Under the pieces are notes generated by a model that was given only the letters and a program-made list of their open reading frames with translations, had not been told where the DNA came from and did no database searches. Shown here in pieces: positions 9,519-18,061 of a DNA stretch of 32,000 nt. Where the stretch lies: NCBI RefSeq assembly GCF_018398935.1, contig NZ_CP074694.1:5280001-5312000 (forward strand), given 5' to 3'. The translations under genes and the position numbers were made by a program. The stretch's first letter is position 1. The number at the start of each line of letters is the position of its first letter. This DNA comes from Telmatocola sphagniphila. GTDB lineage: Bacteria; Planctomycetota; Planctomycetia; Gemmatales; Gemmataceae.

Positions 9519-9917
9519 TTACTGGTTGCGGAGTTCGGTGTCGGCCTTCAGAATTTTACCATCCTGGATGATCAGCTTCAGGACTTTGAGTTTCTCGGCG
9601 GGGAACTTGAACAGGAGTTGATCGCCGTTGGGGCTTTTGGCGCGAACGCTGATCTGTTTCAGATCTTCGCGCGGAACGACTTTCGATTGCGTTTTACCGG
9701 CTGGCAGTTCACCGAGAGAAATTTCCTGCTCGCCGTAGAGAATGGTGAGGGCCTTAAGTTCCGCCGGTCCCTGGTTAGTGATGGTCAGGGCAATTTCCTT
9801 GTCGGCGGCTCGATTCATGAGGTAGACGCCTGCGGAGGTGCAGAGGGCCGCCAGTAGGATAAGCGGAATGACAATCTTGTATTTGTAGGCAAATCGCCGT
9901 GACAGTTGGCTTTTCAT
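9519..9917 (-). CDS. hypothetical membrane-anchored / secreted small protein
   Basis: 132-aa ORF with a basic N-terminus followed by a hydrophobic helix (IVIPLILLAALCTSAGVYL). No recognisable domain. Confidence 0.6.
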   Translation of the reverse strand: MKSQLSRRFAYKYKIVIPLILLAALCTSAGVYLMNRAADKEIALTITNQGPAELKALTILYGEQEISLGELPAGKTQSKVVPREDLKQISVRAKSPNGDQLLFKFPAEKLKVLKLIIQDGKILKADTELRNQ

Positions 9918-10656
9918 CCGAGGGTGCCTTTGAGCTTTCCAAAATCAACCATCGGCTGCTCAGGGAGCAATCTCACCGAAATAGTAGTCTTAGTTCATTA
10001 GTATAGGTATTCTTGTCTGGGGTAATCCTTTCCCCAGAATCAAATCCACCCTTCGCAGGTCCAACAGCAAATAAGTTTTGTTTCCCGTAAAGTCTGTAAG
10101 CGTGTCTGACAGCCATGGCCTCGCCTAGGGGATTGAATCAATCGACATGCAATGATCGACTAACCAAATTTACGTCAGTTTCAACAACTCCATAGCCTTT
10201 TTTAATTCAACTACCTGATAGCCAAACGGAAAAGGCAGAAATAGGCCGTGGATAGTAACAGAGATTATCAGGGGTAGTGGAATGTCCTCCAAGAGGTCTA
10301 AAGTCGTTATCAAACAAAGTAAAGAAACCATAAACGTGTTAGCACCAACAAATATTTGTAGTGATAATCTCCTGCTGCTTATATCCTGATAAGCAAAAAA
10401 ATTAAATGTAAGAATTATATACTACCTGAGAAGAAAAACGGTTGTTTTTTAGTAATTAATATTTTGCAACGGTTCGACTTGTTATCCAATCGAATTAAGT
10501 TTAAAGCATTACATTTTTGATTTGCCATTGAATTATGTCGTGAAATCGCCGATTCTTCTGAAGAAAATCTTATTTTTCCCATTTCTGATATTGCTTTGAT
10601 CAGCTTGAAAATTGTAAAGAATTCAAAACATCACTCTTCCAACGTCCAGGTGATTT

Positions 10657-13600
10657 ATGCCCGGCAAAAAAAGTGTAACTCGCAAGTTAACTAAATGGTT
10701 GTCTTCGTCCAATAGCAAGAAGCCATTGAAAGCGGAGTTGATCGGCACAAGCTTTTTAAAGCTAGAAGATAGAAATCAGCCTGGATCCGTTTTAAATTCA
10801 TTTGAGATGCTCCCTTCTTTTGCCTTTCCCAGTATCTTCGGAGATGCGACTGCAAACTTGAGTAGTTTTGGTGGTGAATCAAACGATCTACCCGGAGGCG
10901 GGCCCTCAGGGAGTGGAGGTTCAGGGTCCGAACCATTGCCTGGAAGCGGTTCAAATTCCGAAAGTGGAGCTGGCTCGACCGGTTCGGATAGTGGACCGGG
11001 TTCCTCGGGTTCTGGAAGTTCAACTGGCGGGAATGGGGGAAGTGGAAGCTCGGGCTTGCCGGGTTATGGTGGTGGGAGTTCAGGATCTAACCAGCAGTTC
11101 ACAGATGCCGTTTATGAGCAGACGGTCGCAAATGCATTGTCGCAATTCGGTCCTTTAGGTGACTTGTTTGGGGAAAATTCCCAAAAGATGAGTCCAGCGA
11201 ATTTATCGACCCCTCAAAATATCAGTCTGGAACCTCCTTTACCTCCTGCAGTAAATAACAACTGGTCCTATTCCGGACAATTTCAGCTTTCCGCGAATGA
11301 CAGTTCGACAGGCCCGACTTCGAGTCAGTTAAATTCGAATTTGAACCCGACACCCATAAATGTATCGCAGGAAATATCCGCGAATAACTTCAAATATTCC
11401 AGAGAGATTCAATTCAGCGGCAACCGAGAAAACGAATCCTTTCTGATGAGCGTTATCATCGATAGCACGGTGAGCCTGGGTCAAGTAACTACCGAAGCCG
11501 GTACTATCGTTTCGACCGTGTGGCATAAGGTAGGTAATCAATACCTCGTCAATCAACAGAGTGCCCTATCCAGTTTCAACACGATTGTGCCGAACGATCC
11601 GAACGGAAATAGAAGTTACGTCGGATTTCCCGCGCAAGGAGACATTACTCCGAACCTGGATCCTCGATCATACGGGCTGGATCAACTGCAGTGGGATCAC
11701 ATCTTCCGGGGTGATTCGGTCAGCTATACGTACAGTGGAATTTATCGTGGGAACTACGGGGATTTTAGCTACTATTCCAACTCGAGTGCAACCTCAAATT
11801 GGTTAGATTTGACGATTGATCATCCCACGGGGACGAATGATCAGGGATTGAAGTCAGTTGTTTACACAATGTATTTCGGGGGTAGTTCCTCGAAGGATTG
11901 TATCGTATCAAGTCAGTCGAGTTTATTAAGCCAATCAGCCAGTGCTAATAGAATTCCCATCCGAACGGGCAGTGCGGTAACTTTGCCCGAGCAGTATACA
12001 ACGAACGTCAGTGGTACGTCGTTCTTCGAAAGATCGTACTCGTGGCAGAATTATGGAGGTCATAGTTATTTAACGGATAGTCTCGACGCGGATAACGCCA
12101 TCAAGAATTCTACATTAGATTTTCGCAATCAATTTTCTGGAGGATCTGGATATCAGTATTACAATTCGAGCATTTGCAGCATAATAACGAACTCGATCGA
12201 CATAACTAAAGTCTCCAGAACGGATTACAGTTGGTTGACCAATTACGCTTCGCGAAATAATTATGCGGGCTACGTCGACTACAAGCTGAATTACGATAGC
12301 CAAAACCGCCCGAGCGGTCAAGTTGTCCAAAAGATGGACAGCGTTGATATCTTGGATCGCGATATCTACAACTGTTCGGTAGATTATTTCTCTTACGATC
12401 CGTTACCGAATTCCGGTCACTACGAATACTATTCGGATAACATGAAGCCCATCGTATATACGAACGGTAATTATCAAACTACGACTTACGCTAAACCGGT
12501 GGAAACGGCCTCCGAGCTCGCAAGTTACGTCCTAAACTATGGGAGAATTCCAGATTCTGATGGACGATTGTTCGACACGAACACTTGGTATTCCACGGCG
12601 GATACGTCCTATCAGACGCGGACCTTCGACAGGCGACAAAACAAATTCAATCAGCCAGGAAGAACTGGCAAGCCCTACTTCGGAAGTAGTTTCGAGAGCA
12701 ATGTTACCCGAGATGATTTTTATGTCGAGGCCAAGGGAGTTGATGATTTATGGCTGAAAGACGGCGTATCCACTCGAGAAGGAAATTATCTATCGCAATC
12801 GATCAACACTTACTACGGGCAAGGCACTCCTGAGCAATTGCCGAACGATATCGACGGTTCGAGTGCGATGTACGATTGGCAACAGGGCGAAAGTCGTGGA
12901 GAGTTTCGCGAAAAATATCTCAATTCCAATGGCACTTCCAAACTCACTTCTCAGTACGCCAGTGATCTGCATCACTCCTCGGGAAATGGCTGGAACTGGG
13001 GCTACACTTACGGGCCAAAAGTTCCCAATGTCACTAATTACTACCAATATTCATCGATTAGCGATGAAATCCATACTCTGGACTTGAACTTCGCTGCGGA
13101 CGGCAAAAAATCAGGAGATTATCATGACGTAGTATCAGGTTCTTTGGATGAAAAATATAACGAAACCAAAATCGGTAATGAGCCGACCTATTACGAAAAG
13201 GTAGAAGCAAACAAGGTGCTCTCGCTCAACTATCCGGACGCAAACACGACCCTGAACGATTCGTCACTCAATGAGCAGTATCAATTCAGTTTAGATGACG
13301 ATGAAGGCCATTACACCGCAGATAAAAAAAATGGAAATTATCAATCTAAATACAAATCGAATTCGAGATGGGATCAAAGGATCGAACGATCCTCGTCCGT
13401 TTACGCAAACACCTTGACGAATAAGTATCAAGGAACCATTAATGGATCAAGCACCAGTGATGTTGATGAAACTGGAATTGTGTTGAACGGCATTCGCACC
13501 GGTGCGGGCGAATTGAACGCGACACTCAAAGGAACAGAAAGGTACAATCAAAACAAGATCGAAAGAAAAGTAACACCCGGAGAGAACTATTCCGGTGACG

Positions 13601-15372
13601 ACAAGCTGAGTTATTTCAAGGAGCAAAAAAACGGCGAAAAAGTAGAATATCAGTTGAAATCTGATGGAAGTTTTCAAATTCTCCTCGACACGGTAAATTT
13701 AGACGAGAGAACAAAATCCTCGCAAATTTTAGATCACAAAACAATTACTGTAAATCGCCCGCACAGTTCGGACCTTCCTGAAGGGCAAAAAATTGAAACT
13801 TACAAGAGTCAATACGATGTTGATTACCATTATACAAAAGAAGGAAAACCTGATATTGGCCGGTTTACGAAAGAGACGACTTTAGATTGGACTGAATCTT
13901 CATCTACAGTAATGTCAAATATTTATTACGCTTCCTACATTGCTACATTAAATTCCCAAAGGGAATCAAATAGTCGAGGAAAAAATTATAGCTTCTACTC
14001 AGGTTGGGGTGACGAAGAAAACCCCACGATACTCAGTATTAAAGAAAAGTCGTTCTCAGTAATATATGCCAAAGGTCAAAGCACTAATTTGACCTTTGGC
14101 TCTAATATTACATTCTACAAATTCAACCAGTTCAGTTCAGTAAATATCGATCGAGAGGGTGTTCCTGCCCATGGTACAGGATCGCAAGTAGAAACCTCTG
14201 CAGAGTTAATAACTCAAACTATTTACGGGACGACAACGACTACTAGTAATAAGCCTCTGTGCACCACAACCACCGACTTATCTTGGCCACAAACAACTTG
14301 GTTCGAGCGGAACACGAATGCAATAGTAAATACAGCTAAAATCGCATTCGGACTGATTGAAGTTATCGGTGGTGCCTTGACCACCTTCGGCACCTGTGGC
14401 GGCGGAGTAGTTCCTGGCGTTTTCATGATGGCGAATGGACTGGATTCCATCATGACGGGCGTAGCCGGACTCTTGGACGGTCAATCGTATGGATCAGCTA
14501 TAGGCTACGCCGCTTCGCAGGGACTTCAAAAAATCGGCGTTCCAGAGAACGTTGCGGATGTGGCTGGAGAACTACTTCCGATCGCCATGAGTATGGGCTC
14601 CTCCGCACTCGCGCGGGCTTGCTTCGCAGCGGATACCAAATTATGGACGCCAACTGGCTATCGCCCAATTCAATCGATCAAAGCCGGAGAGTACGTCTAT
14701 TCCCGGAATGATGCCGATCCAAATGGTCCGATCGAACCGAAACTCGTCGAGGAGACTTTCAGCCGACTTGCGGTGATCTTCCACCTCCATGTGGAAAATC
14801 AGGTAATTCGCACTACAGGAGAACACCCCTTCTACGCCGAAGGCAAGGGGTGGGTCGATGCCCAGGAACTCCTCATTGGGGATAGAGTTCTCGGCTCGAA
14901 AGGAGAATGGCTGACAATTCGAGACTTGCTTGACACGGGCGAGTTCGAAACCGTATATAATATGCGAATTGCGGATCATCACACCTACTTCGTGGGTGAT
15001 GAATCCTGGGGCTGGGAGGTTTGGAGTCATAATAAGTGTCAACTACACCATTTCGTAATGGTAGCTTTAGGTAGTAAAGTTGAACGTGGTTCGTCCATTC
15101 TTACTTTGATCGGGTCTAGAACACACATAGCGATTCATCGAGCTCTGTCTAAACATCTGGAAACATACTCCAAGTATAGCCCTAAATTTGGAAAAACATT
15201 TACGATGAATCCTAAAAAGGGACAATCAGGGGACTTTATTCGATCAGTATTTTCACCATCAGAAAGAATTCAGGCATTGAAAGACTTTTATTCTACATAT
15301 AGAGGTGGGAGATACCTAAAGGAATTTATGATAGAGTTAGATACTACTCTTAAACGAGGCCTGTTCATATGA
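10657..15372 (+). CDS. large polymorphic toxin: N-terminal LEDR-like motif, G/S linker, N/S/T/Y-rich body, pre-toxin TG-like segment, Hint domain, LHH-type nuclease C-terminus
   Basis: Single 1571-aa ORF with no N-terminal hydrophobic signal peptide. It carries 'LKLEDRNQP' near the N-terminus, a Gly/Ser-rich tract (about aa 75-150), a Hint domain 'CFAADTKLW...TTGEHPF...VYNMRIADHHTYFVGD...WSHN' and a tail 'KCQLHHFV...THIAIHRAL'. The Hint-plus-variable-tail pattern repeats 4 times downstream. Confidence 0.9.
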   Translation: MPGKKSVTRKLTKWLSSSNSKKPLKAELIGTSFLKLEDRNQPGSVLNSFEMLPSFAFPSIFGDATANLSSFGGESNDLPGGGPSGSGGSGSEPLPGSGSNSESGAGSTGSDSGPGSSGSGSSTGGNGGSGSSGLPGYGGGSSGSNQQFTDAVYEQTVANALSQFGPLGDLFGENSQKMSPANLSTPQNISLEPPLPPAVNNNWSYSGQFQLSANDSSTGPTSSQLNSNLNPTPINVSQEISANNFKYSREIQFSGNRENESFLMSVIIDSTVSLGQVTTEAGTIVSTVWHKVGNQYLVNQQSALSSFNTIVPNDPNGNRSYVGFPAQGDITPNLDPRSYGLDQLQWDHIFRGDSVSYTYSGIYRGNYGDFSYYSNSSATSNWLDLTIDHPTGTNDQGLKSVVYTMYFGGSSSKDCIVSSQSSLLSQSASANRIPIRTGSAVTLPEQYTTNVSGTSFFERSYSWQNYGGHSYLTDSLDADNAIKNSTLDFRNQFSGGSGYQYYNSSICSIITNSIDITKVSRTDYSWLTNYASRNNYAGYVDYKLNYDSQNRPSGQVVQKMDSVDILDRDIYNCSVDYFSYDPLPNSGHYEYYSDNMKPIVYTNGNYQTTTYAKPVETASELASYVLNYGRIPDSDGRLFDTNTWYSTADTSYQTRTFDRRQNKFNQPGRTGKPYFGSSFESNVTRDDFYVEAKGVDDLWLKDGVSTREGNYLSQSINTYYGQGTPEQLPNDIDGSSAMYDWQQGESRGEFREKYLNSNGTSKLTSQYASDLHHSSGNGWNWGYTYGPKVPNVTNYYQYSSISDEIHTLDLNFAADGKKSGDYHDVVSGSLDEKYNETKIGNEPTYYEKVEANKVLSLNYPDANTTLNDSSLNEQYQFSLDDDEGHYTADKKNGNYQSKYKSNSRWDQRIERSSSVYANTLTNKYQGTINGSSTSDVDETGIVLNGIRTGAGELNATLKGTERYNQNKIERKVTPGENYSGDDKLSYFKEQKNGEKVEYQLKSDGSFQILLDTVNLDERTKSSQILDHKTITVNRPHSSDLPEGQKIETYKSQYDVDYHYTKEGKPDIGRFTKETTLDWTESSSTVMSNIYYASYIATLNSQRESNSRGKNYSFYSGWGDEENPTILSIKEKSFSVIYAKGQSTNLTFGSNITFYKFNQFSSVNIDREGVPAHGTGSQVETSAELITQTIYGTTTTTSNKPLCTTTTDLSWPQTTWFERNTNAIVNTAKIAFGLIEVIGGALTTFGTCGGGVVPGVFMMANGLDSIMTGVAGLLDGQSYGSAIGYAASQGLQKIGVPENVADVAGELLPIAMSMGSSALARACFAADTKLWTPTGYRPIQSIKAGEYVYSRNDADPNGPIEPKLVEETFSRLAVIFHLHVENQVIRTTGEHPFYAEGKGWVDAQELLIGDRVLGSKGEWLTIRDLLDTGEFETVYNMRIADHHTYFVGDESWGWEVWSHNKCQLHHFVMVALGSKVERGSSILTLIGSRTHIAIHRALSKHLETYSKYSPKFGKTFTMNPKKGQSGDFIRSVFSPSERIQALKDFYSTYRGGRYLKEFMIELDTTLKRGLFI
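10880..11100 (+). repeat. low-complexity Gly/Ser-rich coding tract inside the toxin gene
   Basis: Translates to 'GGGPSGSGGSGSEPLPGSGSNSESGAGSTGSDSGPGSSGSGSSTGGNGGSGSSGLPGYGGGSSGS'. Confidence 0.8.
14317..14619 (+). other. glycine-rich hydrophobic pre-toxin segment (PT-TG-like)
   Basis: 'AKIAFGLIEVIGGALTTFGTCGGGVVPGVFMMANGLDSIMTGVAGLLDG...' has glycine-zipper-like helices and TG dipeptides, immediately N-terminal to the Hint Cys1. This resembles the pre-toxin TG domain described for polymorphic toxins (from memory). Confidence 0.45.
14620..15033 (+). other. Hint (intein-like / PT-HINT) autoprocessing domain of the main toxin; master copy of the repeated handle
   Basis: Starts with Cys (tgc 14620). 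It has the block B 'TTGEHPF' (T-x-x-H), 'VYNMRIADHHTYFV' and a terminal 'SHN' (aat 15031-15033). It is about 138 aa with no endonuclease insert. Confidence 0.85.
15034..15372 (+). other. C-terminal toxin domain of the main gene, LHH-type HNH/EndoVII-fold nuclease (predicted)
   Basis: 'KCQLHHFVMVALGS..RTHIAIHRALSKHLE'. An LHH motif plus downstream His residues. Homologous to the orphan tail at 26263-26583 ('SCDLHHYLPMFMGS..DHTKFHRDINAFLE'). Confidence 0.5.
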
Positions 15373-15950
15373 AATATTATACATTTTACACAATAAAGGA
15401 TGCTAGTGTAAATACATCCATGTTCTATGAAATCGACAGCGGGACAGGTGTGTATTCTCCCTCTTCTGCCATTAGGCATCTCACTTGCAAAGAATGTAAT
15501 AAGTATGAAGAACGGAAAGCTTTCGATTTGTTAGCTACACGATCTTTTCAAATAACTCCAAAACATGACCATTTCGTGACTTTCGATGGTTGGAGAGTGG
15601 TTTCAAATAAATTCAAGGAAATTGTGGATAGGGTGGCCCCTAAATTAGTTTCTTGGTATCCCATTGGTGAAAAAAAACTCAATTTGTTTTTCGGATCAAT
15701 TCAATACCTTGCCAAATGTAAAGACGAGACATTACTCACTCGGTCAAATCTATGTAGCCTATGTGGTCGCTACGAAAATATATTAGAAGGTGATGCTCCT
15801 ATGGATTTCACCGATCATCCCGAGATTATCGGGCTACCATTTGAGAATAGATTTTGCTCTTCTCCAAGATGGTTAGTTTCTGAACGAATAAAAGAGTATC
15901 TTGAAGCTACGAATATTTCAAATATCGAATTTCATCAATATATGATGTAA
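15369..15950 (+). CDS. putative cognate immunity protein (family A; CXXC...CXXCG, Imm11/double-CXXCG-like)
   Basis: Its ATG overlaps the toxin stop (ATGA). It has 'CKEC' and 'CSLCG' motifs and a C-terminal 'RWLVSERIKEYLEATNISNIEF'. Paralogs lie at 25549-26151 and 26580-27187. Confidence 0.75.
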   Translation: MKYYTFYTIKDASVNTSMFYEIDSGTGVYSPSSAIRHLTCKECNKYEERKAFDLLATRSFQITPKHDHFVTFDGWRVVSNKFKEIVDRVAPKLVSWYPIGEKKLNLFFGSIQYLAKCKDETLLTRSNLCSLCGRYENILEGDAPMDFTDHPEIIGLPFENRFCSSPRWLVSERIKEYLEATNISNIEFHQYMM

Positions 15951-16096
15951 ACAATTTATGATAGATATCATGGAATATGATTAAAACTGGGTTGTTACGA
16001 AGTTGAATTTCGCACCTTGAGATAAAATCGCCATTCGATTTTGAGCAATATTGACGAGGTAACCGCAATACACTGGTTAGGTTTCCCAAAGAATTA

Positions 16097-16164
16097 GAGG
16101 CCCTAACAAAACCTCAATATGTCCATTGAAAACCGCTACAAAAAAGGGGTTTTGTTAGAGCTTC
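16097..16164. mobile_element. 68-bp MITE copy A (IS1031-like termini, TTA duplication)
   Basis: 'gaggccctaacaaaacc...ggggttttgttagagcttc' flanked by TTA (16094-96 and 16165-67). Same element as 20780-20846 and 30963-31029. Confidence 0.7.
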
Positions 16165-16180
16165 TTAGTCAGGATTTCAC

Positions 16181-16594
16181 ATGGATTTGGATTTTTTGAA
16201 ATTTCACGGTTCTGCGATGAAGATCGCAGAAGCTGAATTATCAGCTTCTTTTTTTGAGGATGAAAAGCAAGTCCTTGGAAAAAAAATGTATGAAGAATAT
16301 GTAGCATCCGGTGCTCCAAAAGATTTGAAAAAATGGCTACGAATCAAATTAAAAAGCGTATTCCAGTATGTGGATTCACCTCCAAAGTGGGTCGAAAATG
16401 GTTTAGACCCACTTTGGCCTTTCTTAGATGGCTTTCCTATGATCTTCATTAAACAATTTGAGCTACCAGACAACGAATTTTGTGCTCAGAGTCTATCTGC
16501 TGGTACGATTTTGTACGTTTTTGGTGCTCGTCGAAAAACATCACATGGTTTCGAGATGATTTACCGAGTAGTGGAGCAAGATACAGGTTTTTAA
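16181..16594 (+). CDS. hypothetical protein, candidate orphan immunity protein (family B)
   Basis: 137-aa ORF and paralog of 30533-30946. The C-terminal half is almost identical at nucleotide level and the N-terminal half is diverged. Confidence 0.65.
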   Translation: MDLDFLKFHGSAMKIAEAELSASFFEDEKQVLGKKMYEEYVASGAPKDLKKWLRIKLKSVFQYVDSPPKWVENGLDPLWPFLDGFPMIFIKQFELPDNEFCAQSLSAGTILYVFGARRKTSHGFEMIYRVVEQDTGF

Positions 16595-16709
16595 AGATGA
16601 ATTGGTTTTACGTATAAGACATACATTTCTCCTTAGTCTGCGGTATTTACGTCTGTTTTCATGTACTCAGCATACTATAGTATAGCTCGATCATTGGATG
16701 AATTCGAAA

Positions 16710-17313
16710 ATGCCATTTCACGTCCTAGTCGAGCGAATTGAAAACGATGCTGGACCGAATTTTTCCCGGTTGAGCCAAAATATGGTCCAGGTCCGAAGTG
16801 CCCGAAATGCGGACAATTTGTCGGCTCACTACCTTTGGTACCCCCTACCGCTTCAAGTTGGATGTTTGGGGTAATCAATACGGCGATCTCGCGTTCGGAG
16901 GTCCCAGCCTTCTGATTTCTGAACACTTTAAAGAAGTCTATCAACAAAACGGATTGACCGGCCTGAACGGCTTCGAGCCCGCTCTAATGTTGAAATGCCA
17001 AAGTCGATTGAGGCTCAAAGAAACACCTCCAAATTATCTCCATGTAGAGCTCCATCGAGGGTTCGCTGCGATTGATGAAGCGGGTTCAGAAGTTATTTGG
17101 GAAGATCCTATTGTCTGTCGATATTGTCTACTAGGATCCAAACTGAAACGTCGTCGACGCATCATTATTGATGAATCGACTTGGAGCGGTGAGGATATTT
17201 TTTATGCCCGTGGCCTCCCAGGTATAATCCTCGTTTCCAGCCGTTTCAAAGAAGTGTGCGAACAGCATCAGATCAAAAATGCGATTTTCGTTCCCTCGGA
17301 ACACCGGCGGTAG
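16710..17313 (+). pseudogene. double-CXXCG-type immunity protein gene (family C) broken by two -1 frameshifts
   Basis: Frame 0 gives 'MPFHVLVERIENDAGPNF'. Frame 2 gives 'FPVEPKYGPGPKCPKCGQFVGSLPLVPP'. Frame 1 (track ORF 16798-17313) gives 'YRFKLDVWGNQYGDLAFGGPSLLISEHF...VCRYC...GEDIFYARGLPGIILVSSRFKEVCEQHQIKNAIFVP'. The frame switches fall at a T5 run (16760-64) and a C5 run (16841-45). Confidence 0.7.
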
Positions 17314-17339
17314 CATAGCATTTTGGTTCCTCCGTTCTA

Positions 17340-17762
17340 GCACGAGCCTGCTTCGCAGCGGACACCAAATTATGGACGCCAACCGGCTATCGTCCGATTC
17401 AATCGATCAAGGCCGGGGAGTACGTCTATTCCCGGAATGATGCCGATCCTAATGGTCCCATCGAGCCGAAACTCGTCGAGGAGACTTTTAGCCGGCTCGC
17501 GGTGATCTTCCATCTCCAAGTAGAAAATCAAGTAATTCGCACTACGGGAGAACACCCCTTCTTCGCAGAAGGCAAGGGGTGGGTCGATGCCCAAGAACTC
17601 CTCATTGGAGATAGAGTTCTCGGCTCGAACGGTGAATGGCTGACTATTCGAGACTTGCTTGACACGGGCGAGTTCGAAACCGTATACAATATGCGAATTG
17701 CGGATCATCATACCTACTTCGTGGGCGATGATCGCTGGGGCTGGGAGGTCTGGAGCCATAAT
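17340..17762 (+). repeat. Hint handle copy 2 (full length)
   Basis: Nucleotide-level alignment by eye with 14611-15033. The differences are mostly synonymous. Confidence 0.9.
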
Positions 17763-18047
17763 AAGTGTATTGGTGAATACGCAGATCTTCGAAAAATCTG
17801 GGCTGGGGCCGGCAAACAGATTCATCATTTGTTAGAGCAACGCTTTGCAAAACTGCTCGGCATGGATCCTATGAAAATGTAATGTATCGCAATGCCAAAA
17901 GCAAAACATCAAGTATTCACCAACGCATGGAGAAGGCTTATTCCCTACGGCGAGGGGACCAAATCTGCGACTGTAGCGGAAGTTGAAAATGCTGCTCGAC
18001 AAGTGTACAAAAATTATCCTGGAATATTAAGAGCTCTTGGACTTTAA
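17340..18047 (+). pseudogene. orphan toxin cassette O1: complete Hint domain + xHH (AHH-like) HNH/EndoVII nuclease tail, no start codon, internal TAA
   Basis: The frame is open from 17319 with no ATG. 'ARACFAADTKLWTPTGYRPIQ...WSHN' matches the main gene from 9 nt before Cys1. The tail is 'KCIGEY..QIHHLLEQRFAKLLGMDPMKM*CIAMPKAKHQVFTNAWRRLIPYG...', with an in-frame TAA at 17880-82 and a final stop at 18045-47. Confidence 0.75.
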
Positions 18048-18061
18048 ATAAAATTGAAAAT

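Larger units (their letters stand above)
16181..17313 (+). repeat. left copy of the ~1.1 kb two-gene direct repeat (family B + family C genes)
   Basis: It aligns by eye with 30533-31735. It is near-identical from about 16345 onward and diverged before that. The right copy additionally carries a MITE. Confidence 0.85.

Noticed and set aside
10216-10335. Possible ~39-aa hydrophobic peptide ORF on the minus strand in the AT-rich leader upstream of the toxin
   Set aside because: It is very short, lies in AT-rich sequence where random ORFs are expected, and has no ribosome-binding site or conservation evidence.
11200-14300. Calling the toxin body an RHS/YD-repeat shell
   Set aside because: I could find only scattered YD-like snippets, no regular YD repeat periodicity, and no PxxxxDPxGL Rhs core-end motif. 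I left it unassigned.
14620-15033. Reading the Hint domain as a genuine mobile intein
   Set aside because: It has no homing-endonuclease insert. It sits at the boundary to a hypervariable tail rather than inside a conserved host protein. The residue after His-Asn is Lys in three of five copies. It therefore fits bacterial intein-like / pre-toxin Hint cleavage modules rather than splicing inteins.
14641-15042. Antisense ORFs of 133-152 aa opposite the Hint repeats (14641-15042, 17370-17828, 20999-21436), which look like a conserved protein family
   Set aside because: They are conserved only because the sense-strand Hint sequence is repeated. Their translations are low-complexity with no motifs, and each lies entirely inside a well-supported plus-strand coding region.
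16755-16850. Programmed -1 ribosomal frameshifting at the T5 and C5 runs of the family C gene
   Set aside because: Neither site forms an X XXY YYZ heptamer in the incoming frame, and I saw no obvious downstream stimulatory structure. A sequencing error or a pseudogene is more parsimonious.
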